From contig PLMN01000023.1 of the NCBI GenBank assembly GCA_003141555.1, positions 79,916 to 143,915 on the forward strand: a DNA stretch of 64,000 bases, read 5' to 3'. Under the pieces are notes generated by a model. It worked only from the letters and a program-made list of their open reading frames with translations. It searched no databases and was not told where the DNA came from. A program made the position numbers and the translations under genes. How positions within the stretch are numbered: position 1 is the first letter of the stretch; every line of letters begins with the position of its first letter. The DNA is from Candidatus Aminicenantes bacterium. GTDB taxonomy: Bacteria > Acidobacteriota > Aminicenantia > Aminicenantales > UBA4085. This document shows positions 18,960 through 28,692 of the stretch, piece by piece.

Positions 18960-20112
18960 ACCAGCTCTTCAGGACGTCGGCCTTGTCGGTCCGCTCCCAG
19001 GTGAACTCGGGGAGCTCGCGGCCGAAGTGGCCGTAGGCGGCCGTCTTCTGGTAAATCGGCCGGCGCAGGTCGAGCATGTCGATCATGCCCTTGGGCGTGA
19101 CCTTGAAGATCTCGCGCACGGCGTTCTCGGCCTGGTGCTCCTCCACCTTGCGGCCGCCGTGGAGGCTGATCATCAGGGACGTGGGATCGACGACGCCGAT
19201 GGCGTAGGACAGCTGCACGGTGCAGCGCTCGGCCAGGCCGGCGGCGACGATGTTCTTGGCGATGTAGCGGGCCATGTAGGCCGCGGAGCGATCGACCTTC
19301 GTGGGGTCTTTCCCGGAGAAGGCGCCGCCGCCGTGGGGGCAGCTGCCGCCGTAGGTGTCGACGATGATCTTCCGGCCGGTCAGTCCGGTGTCGCCGGCCG
19401 GGCCGCCGATGTAGAAGTTGCCCGAGGGGTTGATGAGGTAAACGATGTCCTGGGGCAGAAGGTTCGCCGGAATGATCGGGTCGATGATGTGGGCCCGGAC
19501 CGCGGCCTCGATGTCCTTGTGGGAGACGCCCTTCGTGTGCTGGGTGGAGAGCACGACGCGCTCCACGGCCACCGGGCGGTGGCCGACGTAGCGGATGGAG
19601 ACCTGGGACTTGGCGTCGGGCAGGAGCCAGGGGATGAGGCCGGCCTTCCGGACCTCGGACTGCTTCTGGAGCAGCTTGTGAGCGAGCATGATCGGGAGGG
19701 GCATGAGCTCGGGCGTTTCGGTGCAGGCGTAGCCGAACATCAGGCCCTGGTCGCCGGCGCCGATCTCGCCGTCCTTCTTCTCGACGGCTTCGTTGATGTT
19801 GGCCGATTGGCCGTGCATCAGGTTCTCGACGTCGCAGGTCTTGTAGTCGAAGCCGCAGCCCGCGTCGCAGTAGCCGATGTTCTTGGCCGTCTCGCGGACG
19901 ATCGCCTCGACATCGAATTTGACGCCCTGCTTCGCCTGGAATTCCCCAGCTACGACGGCCTTATTTTCCGTCAGCAGGGTCTCGCAGGCCACGTGGCCGT
20001 GGGGATCCTGCTTGAAGATCGCGTCCAGCACCGCGTCCGAGACCTGGTCGGCCATCTTGTCGGGATGGCCTTCGGACACGGATTCCGAAGTAAAAAGATA
20101 ATCTCTTTCCAT
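18949..20112 (-). CDS. metK: S-adenosylmethionine synthetase
   Basis: [58 protein letters not shown]. Confidence 0.98.
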   Translation of the reverse strand: MERDYLFTSESVSEGHPDKMADQVSDAVLDAIFKQDPHGHVACETLLTENKAVVAGEFQAKQGVKFDVEAIVRETAKNIGYCDAGCGFDYKTCDVENLMHGQSANINEAVEKKDGEIGAGDQGLMFGYACTETPELMPLPIMLAHKLLQKQSEVRKAGLIPWLLPDAKSQVSIRYVGHRPVAVERVVLSTQHTKGVSHKDIEAAVRAHIIDPIIPANLLPQDIVYLINPSGNFYIGGPAGDTGLTGRKIIVDTYGGSCPHGGGAFSGKDPTKVDRSAAYMARYIAKNIVAAGLAERCTVQLSYAIGVVDPTSLMISLHGGRKVEEHQAENAVREIFKVTPKGMIDMLDLRRPIYQKTAAYGHFGRELPEFTWERTDKADVLKSWFKL

Positions 20113-20149
20113 CTCACGAACCTCCTTTCGTTCAGGATGAAAATCCAAT

Positions 20150-20179
20150 AAAAAAGCCCGGCGCTAGAGGGCCGGGCTT
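20150..20179 (-). terminator. Intrinsic terminator 2 in the metK leader
   Basis: AAGCCCGGC-CCTCTAGC-GCCGGGC-TTTTTT on the minus strand. Confidence 0.75.
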
Positions 20180-20204
20180 GGTTTAATTCTTGTCTTGAGG
20201 AGAC

Positions 20205-20241
20205 AAAAAAAGCCTGGGCTAAATTCCTTCTAGCTCAGGCT
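20205..20241 (-). terminator. Intrinsic terminator 1 in the metK leader (likely riboswitch expression platform)
   Basis: AGCCTGAGCTAGAAGGAATTTAGCCCAGGC-TTTTTTT directly after the aptamer. Confidence 0.75.
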
Positions 20242-20244
20242 ACC

Positions 20245-20300
20245 GGTTTTTTTAGCACCTTGTTTTTCGCGGCTGCAATAGACCTCAAATCAGTCCCGCG
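20245..20300 (-). ncRNA. SAM-II-like riboswitch aptamer
   Basis: CGCGG-GACUGAUUUGAGGUCUAUUGCAG-CCGCG-AAAAACAAGGUGCUAAAAAAACC: P1 CGCGG/CCGCG, UGAUUU, UAUUGCA and GCUAAAA elements, pseudoknot GGU/ACC; lies upstream of metK. Confidence 0.8.
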
Positions 20301-20350
20301 TTCGGTTCTCAAAGATCGTGTCCACGGATCACGCGATCCGGGAAGCGAGA

Positions 20351-20379
20351 AAAATAGCACCGATAGGCCGGGAAGTCAA
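20351..20379 (-). promoter_or_regulatory. Putative sigma70 promoter for the metK leader
   Basis: Minus strand TTGACT-N17-TATTTT. Confidence 0.5.
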
Positions 20380-20464
20380 GAAAAAATTGCGGCACCGCGC
20401 CCATTCAATTTGATTTTATGGCGTCCGACTATATATTGTGTCCAGCTTCCTTTTGGGGGGAACC

Positions 20465-21508
20465 ATGAAAAAGATCGCCATTTTGGCCCTCGTGCTCGCC
20501 GGACTGTTTTCGCAGGCCGCCGCCCAAGCAGACAAAAATAAGACATCGACGGCTGCCAAAGAACTCAAAATTAGTATGAACAGCAAAGGAACGGTAAGCG
20601 AGATATCCTGGAACGCGAAAACGATTTATCCCCCTTCGATTAACGACCAACCCTTCCCCCTCGACACGTCATTGGATCCTTTTATTGTCCGCTTGCCGGG
20701 TGGAGACGCTTTCCCAAAAGAGCTGAACGTCGGGACCACGGTCACGATCATGATCTTTATGGCCAAAGATATGGCTAAGCATGAATTCAAAATCACGGTC
20801 ACTCCCAAGAAAAGCAAGTATGAATTGGTCCCGATTTTCACGGGAGAAACGAAACCGGCCATGAAGTATGCCGCTGACGGCACCAAGATAATTCCGCCCC
20901 CTCCCGATTTCGTGTCTTCGTTCATCCTCGACGAAAGCGGGACAACCTACGAGATTAAAGTCACTCGATTGGGAACTGACCCGGAAAAAGACAAAGACAA
21001 GGATATTTTCACGGAGAATCTGCAGACCCGGGCCCGTTACCGCTTCGGCTCGCACGTAGGAGTATTCATTCCATTCGGGCAGTCAAGCGAATACAGCCTG
21101 GGGTATGCGACTCCCGCCGACGCCAACGCCACCATCATGGAAAGCAACCGGCGGAACGTGACCATGATCTTCATCGGCTCGTTCTATCCATTCAACTTCG
21201 AGCCGGATGGCGAGTGCTTATCCTATCGGCGCATTCAGCTGAATCTGGCCACCGAGTTGTCCAGCTCTATATTCAAGAAGATCTATTTCGGGCTCGGCTA
21301 CGATCTCACCTATGCTTCGATCAGCCTCCTGGGCCGTTTCGCCACGGTCCAGGAGCTCCAGAGCGGATTCAAGCCGGGCGACCAGATCACAGGCGGCCTC
21401 AAATCCGTGCCCACCGTCTCCAGGAACAAATTGGACTGGGGACTGACGATCTGCATGCCGATGAACTTGATTATCGCCTGGCTGGGCAAATCGCTGGGGT
21501 TGAAATAG
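20465..21508 (+). CDS. Secreted hypothetical protein
   Basis: Signal peptide MKKIAILALVLAGLFSQAAA; beta-rich C-terminal half; lower GC than flanks. Confidence 0.75.
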   Translation: MKKIAILALVLAGLFSQAAAQADKNKTSTAAKELKISMNSKGTVSEISWNAKTIYPPSINDQPFPLDTSLDPFIVRLPGGDAFPKELNVGTTVTIMIFMAKDMAKHEFKITVTPKKSKYELVPIFTGETKPAMKYAADGTKIIPPPPDFVSSFILDESGTTYEIKVTRLGTDPEKDKDKDIFTENLQTRARYRFGSHVGVFIPFGQSSEYSLGYATPADANATIMESNRRNVTMIFIGSFYPFNFEPDGECLSYRRIQLNLATELSSSIFKKIYFGLGYDLTYASISLLGRFATVQELQSGFKPGDQITGGLKSVPTVSRNKLDWGLTICMPMNLIIAWLGKSLGLK

Positions 21509-21575
21509 CGAGGATAGATGAGGGGCCGCCCGCGCGCTCCCGGATCAGGATGGCGATGCGCGTGGGATCACATCT

Positions 21576-22103
21576 CTATCGCAGGGGATCATCCGGCATG
21601 CCGAGGAAGCGCCTGACGTTTTCGACCAACCGCGCCACGTCGGCCTCGGTCATCCAGGGGGCCGAGAGGTGGTCGAGGAACTCCTCCCGGCCCAGCCCGA
21701 GGCGGATCGCCTCCCGCATGACGATCGCGTAGCCCTCGATCTCGGTCTCCCGGTCGACGTAGGCCTTCTCCATGTCCCAGAGATTCCGCCCCTCCTCGAG
21801 CTGCCGCAGGTGGGTCAGCTCGTGGAGGATGTCGAGATACAGGTCCCGCGCCTTGCCGTTCTTGTAGTAATCGTAGGCGATGGCGATGCACGGCACGAGC
21901 ACGTCGACGAAGATGTAGCCCTCGCGGGCCCGGACCTGGATCCTGGACTTGCGCAGGAGGCGCAGCAGATCGTCCCGCGAGGCTGAGATGGTCTCGAGCG
22001 CCGGGCTCTCCTCGAGGCCCGGGAAAAGGTCCAGGATCGCGTAATCGCCGAGCCCGTGACCGCGGTCGATCCGCATGTAATCGAAGAGGGGCGTCTCGCT
22101 CAT
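21576..22103 (-). CDS. Small HExxH (zincin-like) protein
   Basis: ILHELTHLRQ plus downstream ETEIEGY; follows the QueG-like gene. Confidence 0.7.
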   Translation of the reverse strand: MSETPLFDYMRIDRGHGLGDYAILDLFPGLEESPALETISASRDDLLRLLRKSRIQVRAREGYIFVDVLVPCIAIAYDYYKNGKARDLYLDILHELTHLRQLEEGRNLWDMEKAYVDRETEIEGYAIVMREAIRLGLGREEFLDHLSAPWMTEADVARLVENVRRFLGMPDDPLR

Positions 22104-22120
22104 CGTCGGGATCACGCTTC

Positions 22121-22813
22121 TCAAGCGGTCGGCTTCGGCCCCTTGCACGCCTTCACGCACACCCCGCAGATGTGCTGGCTGACGACGTGCGCTTTCCGCC
22201 ACTCGTCGAGCTTCGCGTAGCAGGCCCGGTGGTCGAAGTCCTCGGGCCGCTCCTTGATCGCCCCGGCCGGACAGGGCGCGATGCAGGCCCGGCACGTCCC
22301 GCAGCCGAAGGCGACGGGGCTCCCCGCCTCGAGCGGCATGTTGGTCAGGACAGTGACCAGCCGGAACCGCGATCCGAGCTCCTTATTCACGAGAAGGTTG
22401 TTCCGCCCGATCCAGCCGAGCCCGGCCAGCACCCCGATCTTCTTGTGGGGCGCGTGGGCCCGCTGGTTTTCCCAGTCCACGATCTGCGAAGCCGCGATCG
22501 GGAGCGCCGCGAAGCCGAAGTCCTGGATGCGCGAGGCGACGAGGAGCGCCCCCCGGTCGAGGAAGAAGTTGAGCTGGCGATAATGGTGGAAGTAGAGCGG
22601 CGTCGGCCTGTCCACGATATCGTCCAGGACGGCGTCGATCGCCCGCACGCCGAGAGAAATGGCGCGGGGGAATTTGGCCTTGGCGGCCTCGGAGAGGAGG
22701 AATTCGCCCCGAATCGACGCAATATCCGCCATGCCGAAGAGCGAGAAGCCGAGGGAGAGGGAGAATTCGCGAATCGAAGACGTGGAACGCGATAAATCCG
22801 GCAGTCCTGACAT
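22121..22813 (-). CDS. Epoxyqueuosine reductase (QueG)-like 4Fe-4S protein
   Basis: HKKIGVLAGLGWIGRNNLLV..GSRFRLVTVLT; CGTCRACIAPCPAGAI; CGVCVKAC. Confidence 0.82.
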   Translation of the reverse strand: MSGLPDLSRSTSSIREFSLSLGFSLFGMADIASIRGEFLLSEAAKAKFPRAISLGVRAIDAVLDDIVDRPTPLYFHHYRQLNFFLDRGALLVASRIQDFGFAALPIAASQIVDWENQRAHAPHKKIGVLAGLGWIGRNNLLVNKELGSRFRLVTVLTNMPLEAGSPVAFGCGTCRACIAPCPAGAIKERPEDFDHRACYAKLDEWRKAHVVSQHICGVCVKACKGPKPTA

Positions 22814-22895
22814 GACATAGGGATCATACGGAGGGATGGCAGCGGCTGTCAAATCAAGTCAAGTTCGCCGTCCCGACAGTATCGCACATTTTATG

Positions 22896-22924
22896 TTGAC
22901 AATTTATCTGACCCTAAATAGATT
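22896..22924 (+). promoter_or_regulatory. Putative sigma70 promoter for the CHAT gene
   Basis: TTGACA-N17-TAGATT. Confidence 0.55.
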
Positions 22925-22937
22925 GAGAACATTCGTG

Positions 22938-25838
22938 ATGGGAAATAATTCTTCGAAGAATTCGTTTTTCATTTTCTTCGCGATGTTGTTGTTCGTTTCA
23001 CTGCGCGCCGGAGGAGCTGATCCAAGAGAAGAAAAACCCATTCAGGTTCCGATCAAGAGTTTACTGGATCAAGCGCAGACGGCAAGGGCTAATGGCGATT
23101 TCGCCAAATCCATGCATATATACCAGGGTCTGAGGGGGCGGGAGAGCGTCCTTTCCGAAGGGGAAAAGCTGACCCTCTTCACCCAACTTGCCGTCCTCGA
23201 GTGGAACATCGGCGAAATGCCAATGTCGAAATCCTATTATGAAAAATCTCGGGAGATCGCGGTATCGTCAGGCGACAACGCTCAGGCCCTATTCTGTGAC
23301 GACGCCATCAAGATTTCCGATCTCTATGCCCGCGCGAAGGATTATCGAATTCACGAAAAATACAAGGATTCCATTTCCTTATTCGCTGAAGCCATCGCCC
23401 TGGCCCAAAAAAACCATAGCCGTGAACATGAGCTCAAGTGTTTGAGACAATTGGGCGCGACATATTGGAATCTCAACCAATTCGACCTCTTCCATGACCT
23501 GAATCTTCAGGCGCTCGAGATTGCCAAGGCCATCCATCATCTGGGGGAACAAGGCGTATGCCATAACAACATCGGCTTGTACCACTGGAAGCGCTCGGAT
23601 TATTCGAACGCCATTAAGCACTTTCAAACGGCTCTCGAGATCGCCGACAAGAATCATTTGGAATATGACAAGTCGGACTGCATGACAAATCTGGGGCTCG
23701 TTTATGCGGAATTCGGAGATTATGAAAACGCAAAAGACTACATTTCGGGCGCGATGGAGGTCGATGCCAAAGCAAGGGACGCGTACAATCTGGCGATTGA
23801 TTACAACAATTACGGCATGATCCAAAAGAATATCGGCCTGTCGTCCCGGCAGATGGATCATGTTTACGCGGCCATAGAAAGCTATGGCAAGTCGTACGCC
23901 CTGGCGAAGGAAATTTCCAATAATAATATCCAATGCATCGCAAGCGCCAACATGGGAGAGGCCTTTGCCAGTCTGGATCAGTATTTCAAGGCCATATTCT
24001 ATTTCAACACCGCCCTGATTCTGGCCTCGGAGATGGGGAATACGGAGTTGGAAGGTCAGATCAACAATAATCTGGGCCGGGTCTATCTGAATCTGTCTCA
24101 GCTTGACGCGGCAATGGCGTTCTATGAAGAAGCAATCCACCTCGCCCTCTCGGGGCCTTATGCCAACCCGCTCTGGGAGGCCTACTTCGGACTGGGCGAG
24201 TGCTACGAAGCGAGGCGTAATGTTCCGCGCGCCTTGAATTGCTACCGCAAGTCCATCGATATCGTCGACGGCATCCGAAACAAGATCCTTTTGGAAACCT
24301 ATAGAATCGGCTTTTCCAGGAATAAGCTCAAGGTCTATGAGCGCCTTATCCATCTGATCTGGGAAAACAAGTCCGCTCGTCCCTACGCCGATGCTGACAA
24401 CGACATCTTCAATCAAATAGAGAAAATCAAAGCAAGATCCTTCTTGGAATGCCTGTCGGAATCGAGCATCGACGTCCTCGAGAACATGGACGACGTGAAA
24501 AAGAAGGAATTGCTCGATTCCTCCGGCAGGACATCCTCCTTGTCCTTCGAGCTGGCGCGCCAAGAAGCCGATGCCGCATCGCGGCAAGACATCGGGAAGA
24601 AGCTGGCGAGAGAAGAAGAAAATTATTTTCGGTTGATGTCGAACTTAAGAACGGATCATCCCGCGTTGGCGAGCCTGGTCTCGCCGAAGCCGGCCAGGCT
24701 GGAGGACGTTCAGAACGTCCTCACCGACGAACATACCGCCCTCATCGATTTTTATTTAGGTGAAAGACGATCCTATCTCATCTATGTCACCCATAAATCC
24801 ATCGAAATCCAGCCGCTCCCGCCGAGAACGGAAATCGAAAAGCTGGTTGCGCCCTATATCAAACTCCTGTCCTCTCCCCGGAGGAACGATCTTGACGGGC
24901 GGAAAGCCGGCAAGCGGCTTTTCCGTCTGCTCTTGTCCGGCCTGGGCTGGGAGCGGCAGCCATTCATCGACAATCTGGTTATCATCCCTGACGGGATCCT
25001 CAATTTCCTTCCTTTCGAGACGCTCATCATCACCCCTCCCTACCAACCGGAGCAATATCTTATCGGCCGATATAGCATCTCGTATGCGCCATCAGCCTCG
25101 GTTCTGATCATGCTGAAGGAGATGGAGCCGAAAACAGGTCCCTATCGAGGAATTCTGGCCTTGGGAAACCCGGACTACGCCGGCGCAAGAGAGAAGGTCC
25201 GCTCATCCTTCGGCCTCAAAGCAGGCACCTATAGCAAATTCGCGAATAGCCTGGCTCCTCTCCCGCTATCCCAGGACGAAATTGAAGCCATCGCGGTATT
25301 CTTTCCCCAGGAACAAAGGAAAATATTCCTTGGATATCAAGCCCGCGAGGATGTTCTCAAGGACAACTCACGCTCGGCATACCAGATCATCCATCTGGCC
25401 TGCCACGGGATCATCGACGAGGCCGTGCCGTATCGATCCTCCTTGATTTTGAGCCCAAACCCCGACACCGGCGATGACGGCATATTGCATGCATGGGAAC
25501 TTTACAACCTGAAGCTTAGGGCCAATCTCGTCGTCCTGTCCGCATGCCAAACGGGCTCCGGGGCGATCGAAAGGGCGGAAGGCGTATTAGGTTTGACAAG
25601 GATCTTCTTCTATGCGGGTGCCAGCTCCATCCTATCCACCCTATGGCCTATAAGCGATAAATCCACGGTCTTCTTCATGAGGAGCTTTTACGGAAATTTA
25701 TCTTCGGGGCTTTCCAAGACCCAAGCGTTGAGAAACGCAAAAATCGCGATGATGAATTCCTCATATTCCGACCCATACTATTGGGCAGGATTCATTCTCA
25801 GCGGAAATGCCTCTTCGAAGATCAAATTCGAAAACTAG
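22938..25838 (+). CDS. TPR-CHAT (caspase-like) protease with an N-terminal hydrophobic signal/anchor
   Basis: TPR repeats (NNIGL, TNLGL, NNLGR); IIPDGILNFLPFETL; IIHLACHG; LVVLSACQTG; PYYWAGF. Confidence 0.92.
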   Translation: MGNNSSKNSFFIFFAMLLFVSLRAGGADPREEKPIQVPIKSLLDQAQTARANGDFAKSMHIYQGLRGRESVLSEGEKLTLFTQLAVLEWNIGEMPMSKSYYEKSREIAVSSGDNAQALFCDDAIKISDLYARAKDYRIHEKYKDSISLFAEAIALAQKNHSREHELKCLRQLGATYWNLNQFDLFHDLNLQALEIAKAIHHLGEQGVCHNNIGLYHWKRSDYSNAIKHFQTALEIADKNHLEYDKSDCMTNLGLVYAEFGDYENAKDYISGAMEVDAKARDAYNLAIDYNNYGMIQKNIGLSSRQMDHVYAAIESYGKSYALAKEISNNNIQCIASANMGEAFASLDQYFKAIFYFNTALILASEMGNTELEGQINNNLGRVYLNLSQLDAAMAFYEEAIHLALSGPYANPLWEAYFGLGECYEARRNVPRALNCYRKSIDIVDGIRNKILLETYRIGFSRNKLKVYERLIHLIWENKSARPYADADNDIFNQIEKIKARSFLECLSESSIDVLENMDDVKKKELLDSSGRTSSLSFELARQEADAASRQDIGKKLAREEENYFRLMSNLRTDHPALASLVSPKPARLEDVQNVLTDEHTALIDFYLGERRSYLIYVTHKSIEIQPLPPRTEIEKLVAPYIKLLSSPRRNDLDGRKAGKRLFRLLLSGLGWERQPFIDNLVIIPDGILNFLPFETLIITPPYQPEQYLIGRYSISYAPSASVLIMLKEMEPKTGPYRGILALGNPDYAGAREKVRSSFGLKAGTYSKFANSLAPLPLSQDEIEAIAVFFPQEQRKIFLGYQAREDVLKDNSRSAYQIIHLACHGIIDEAVPYRSSLILSPNPDTGDDGILHAWELYNLKLRANLVVLSACQTGSGAIERAEGVLGLTRIFFYAGASSILSTLWPISDKSTVFFMRSFYGNLSSGLSKTQALRNAKIAMMNSSYSDPYYWAGFILSGNASSKIKFEN

Positions 25839-25861
25839 AAGCGGAGCGGGGACGTTCCCCC

Positions 25862-28609
25862 TCACTTCTTCTTCGGCGGTTTGGCCGGCGGCTTCGCGGG
25901 AGGCTTGGCCGGCGCTTTCTCCATTTCGGCCGAAAAGCGGCCGAGCGCCTTGATCATCCGGTCGTTCATGGCCCCGGCCAGCTGAGGCTGTTTCAACAGC
26001 AGGTCAAGGCCCGTGGCATTGGCCTTGGAGCAGTCCCGGATGTCCTTGTCGCTGAACCCCGCGTCGCGGAGGACGCGCAGCTCGACATCGGGGAGGTTCC
26101 CGGCGAGAAGGGATTTCTTGACGGAAGCCGTGGTCTCGGACTTGGCCTTCTTGATGACGTCGGGGATCGTCTTCAACAGGGGATCGAGAAGCCGGGCGGA
26201 GGATTCCAGGCTCTTGGCGAACTGGCCGCTCTCCTGGACATGGGTGCGCGCCCATTTCGCATCTTTCTTCTGGACCGCGCCGAGGTATTTGGCGTAGGAC
26301 TCGGACAGGGCGACGGCGTCGGCCGCCATGTCCAGGGCAGCCTGCGCTTGCTTGCGCGACTTCGCGTCCTTGATCCCGTCCAGGGCCGTCGTCTTGATGG
26401 GCTGCGCCTTGACCGGCGTCTGGAAGTCGGCGTCGGGGTCGTAGGCCGCGGTGTAGAGCGCGTGGGAGGTGACGATGAAGGCCGCCTCGGCGACGAACAT
26501 GGCCACGCCCCCGGGTATCGTGGGCGGGAAGGCGACGAGAACCATCCCGGCGGCCGTGGCGAGCCAGCCGGCCACGCCCGCGGAGATGCTCGAATACATG
26601 GCGATCTGCTTGGGGACGGAGACCTTGATGTCCACCTGGACCTGAGGCGGCACGCCCCCGATGTTGGCGCTGAGGCCGTTCGGGACCGTCTGCCAGGACA
26701 CCTTGGGAATGAAGTAATGCTGGGTGTCGCCCCACTGGGTGAACTGCAGGCAGTCGAAGTACTCGTTCATCACCGGGATGTAGGCGGTGACCAGGTCCCA
26801 CAGGAAATCGCTCCAGCCCTGGGGCGGGATCCAATCCCAGCGGTGGCTCCAGGGGATGTTGACCCAGATCGTCTCTTTAGGGTCGAGAGGAAGGGGAGCG
26901 GGAGTGGGGCCCCAGCTGTTGGCCGCGTCCATGTTGTCGGGCCAGTAGTTGTCCCAGCTGGACGACTGCGGCCGCCGGACGATGTTGCACCGGTCGTCCT
27001 TCCAGCCGAACGTGATCGTCTGGGGAAGATCGCTCGGATTCTCGATCTTGAAGCAGAGAAAGTAGGTGTTGTTCATGGTCGGGACACCGTGGTCCGCGGG
27101 CTTCACCTTCGAAATGCCGCTCGGGAAGCTCCCGTCGAGCCAGGAAGTGTCGGTGATGAACGTCTCGAGGATGCGCGGATGGCGCTTGTCGCAGACGACC
27201 TTGCGCTTGTAATAATTCGCCGCGGCGGTGACGTTGCCGGCGTTGTCCTTGCCCCGGACGTAGACCCAGAAAGATTTGTTTTCCTGGTCGGCGCAGGAGG
27301 TGTTCACGGTGAAGCTCCATGAGGCCGTGCCTGTCGCCTGGGTCCACGCCGTCTGGTCCAGGCTCCACTCGACCGACGCCAGGCCGCTCTCCGGATCGGA
27401 CGCCGTGCCGGTGAGCGTGACCGAGATCTGGTCCGTTTTAAGGTCGGCGCCGGGCGACGCCCCGGTGACCGCGGGGGCATTCGGGTCGGTCACGGTCGGC
27501 CCGTGGATGACATAGGTCGAGGCGATGACCGACGTCCCCTGTTTGGCCTCGAAATAATATGTGTGCGCGCCGTAATTCAGAGGGACGGCGTATTTGTAGC
27601 GGAGGCCCTGGGTATAGCTCGTGTCCCGGGTCATCTGATGAGATTGGCTATCGACATAGACCCACAGGCTGTCGGGCGTGACGTTGTCGGCTGAGCTGAA
27701 CGTCGCGTAGAACGTGAACGTGCCGCCGTGCGGCCCGGGATCGGGAGCGACCACCGGGGCGATCGAGCGGTTCTGGTAGGCGACCGTGGTGATCGTATAG
27801 CTGCCCAGCTTGTAGCCCACCGCGGCGGAAACGCCGGCGTTGTCCACGGCGATCCCGTCGTAGGAGTAAAGATGGAAATCGAACCGGTAGGGGCCGGGAA
27901 CCTCCACTTTGAACTCGTGGGTGAAGGCCTTGCTCCGAGTGCCCGAGTTTGCAGAAGAATAGAGCTCGGGGACCGACTCCGACCACGACCAGCCGGCCCG
28001 GGACACGCTCCCCGGCTCGTAGACCGCGACGTAGAGCGTGGCGGCCTTCGTCCTTTTGGCCGAATCGCCGTTGTAAACAGTGATCGTCAAGGTGATCTTG
28101 TCCCGGTGGTCCGGATTCCCCTGGGACGGCATATCGGCGACCGGGCTGGCGGGCGTATGCGTCGCGGTCACGGAGAGGCAGGCCTTGGCCTGATCCACGG
28201 AGGCATATTGGACGCCGACGGAAAAGCTCGTGGATCCGGCGGTTTGCCAGCCGAAGCCGGTGTTCCCGATCCGGACCGTGACCTGCCAGGCGCCCTCGGG
28301 AATGACCTGGCAGGTGCGGGTGAACTCCTGCGAGCTCCCGACCGCGACATTGAACGCATCCTGCTGCGAACACCCGCTGCTGCCGCTCGGCCCCGACCAG
28401 TCGACTTTTAAGAACAGGGGCGACGGGATGGTGGAGGCCGTATCCATTGTGATCTTGAATTTGACGGTCACGGTGTCGCCGTAGACTGCATTCTGGGGAG
28501 TCTGGAGCCATTGGATCTGGACGGCGAGCGCCGGAGCCGGGCGCAGCAGGACCGCAAGCAGGAAAATAGGAATAAGAAGCCGGATTCGACCCGCGATGGA
28601 TTTTCTCAT
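25862..28609 (-). CDS. Large secreted protein with Ig-like/CARDB-like domains and a C-terminal hydrophobic helical region
   Basis: Signal peptide; beta-sandwich signatures (GTASDPESGLASVEWSLD, VRGKDNAGN); hydrophobic hairpin; (PAKP)n tail. Confidence 0.75.
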   Translation of the reverse strand: MRKSIAGRIRLLIPIFLLAVLLRPAPALAVQIQWLQTPQNAVYGDTVTVKFKITMDTASTIPSPLFLKVDWSGPSGSSGCSQQDAFNVAVGSSQEFTRTCQVIPEGAWQVTVRIGNTGFGWQTAGSTSFSVGVQYASVDQAKACLSVTATHTPASPVADMPSQGNPDHRDKITLTITVYNGDSAKRTKAATLYVAVYEPGSVSRAGWSWSESVPELYSSANSGTRSKAFTHEFKVEVPGPYRFDFHLYSYDGIAVDNAGVSAAVGYKLGSYTITTVAYQNRSIAPVVAPDPGPHGGTFTFYATFSSADNVTPDSLWVYVDSQSHQMTRDTSYTQGLRYKYAVPLNYGAHTYYFEAKQGTSVIASTYVIHGPTVTDPNAPAVTGASPGADLKTDQISVTLTGTASDPESGLASVEWSLDQTAWTQATGTASWSFTVNTSCADQENKSFWVYVRGKDNAGNVTAAANYYKRKVVCDKRHPRILETFITDTSWLDGSFPSGISKVKPADHGVPTMNNTYFLCFKIENPSDLPQTITFGWKDDRCNIVRRPQSSSWDNYWPDNMDAANSWGPTPAPLPLDPKETIWVNIPWSHRWDWIPPQGWSDFLWDLVTAYIPVMNEYFDCLQFTQWGDTQHYFIPKVSWQTVPNGLSANIGGVPPQVQVDIKVSVPKQIAMYSSISAGVAGWLATAAGMVLVAFPPTIPGGVAMFVAEAAFIVTSHALYTAAYDPDADFQTPVKAQPIKTTALDGIKDAKSRKQAQAALDMAADAVALSESYAKYLGAVQKKDAKWARTHVQESGQFAKSLESSARLLDPLLKTIPDVIKKAKSETTASVKKSLLAGNLPDVELRVLRDAGFSDKDIRDCSKANATGLDLLLKQPQLAGAMNDRMIKALGRFSAEMEKAPAKPPAKPPAKPPKKK

Positions 28610-28692
28610 GGGCCTCCCCTATCCGCGCGTATGCGTTACCGCCCTTTGGCCCAAGAATACGCGCGGCGGCGCGGGGGTGTCAAGACGCGGAG

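Noticed and set aside
20245-20330. SAM-I (S-box) riboswitch interpretation
   Set aside because: It lacks the AUCxAGAG...GAU P1 and kink-turn layout; the sequence fits the SAM-II pseudoknot better.
22104-22295. N-terminal extension of the HExxH ORF
   Set aside because: It overlaps the QueG-like gene in another frame.
25865-25920. PAKP repeats
   Set aside because: Ordinary low-complexity C-terminal protein tail.
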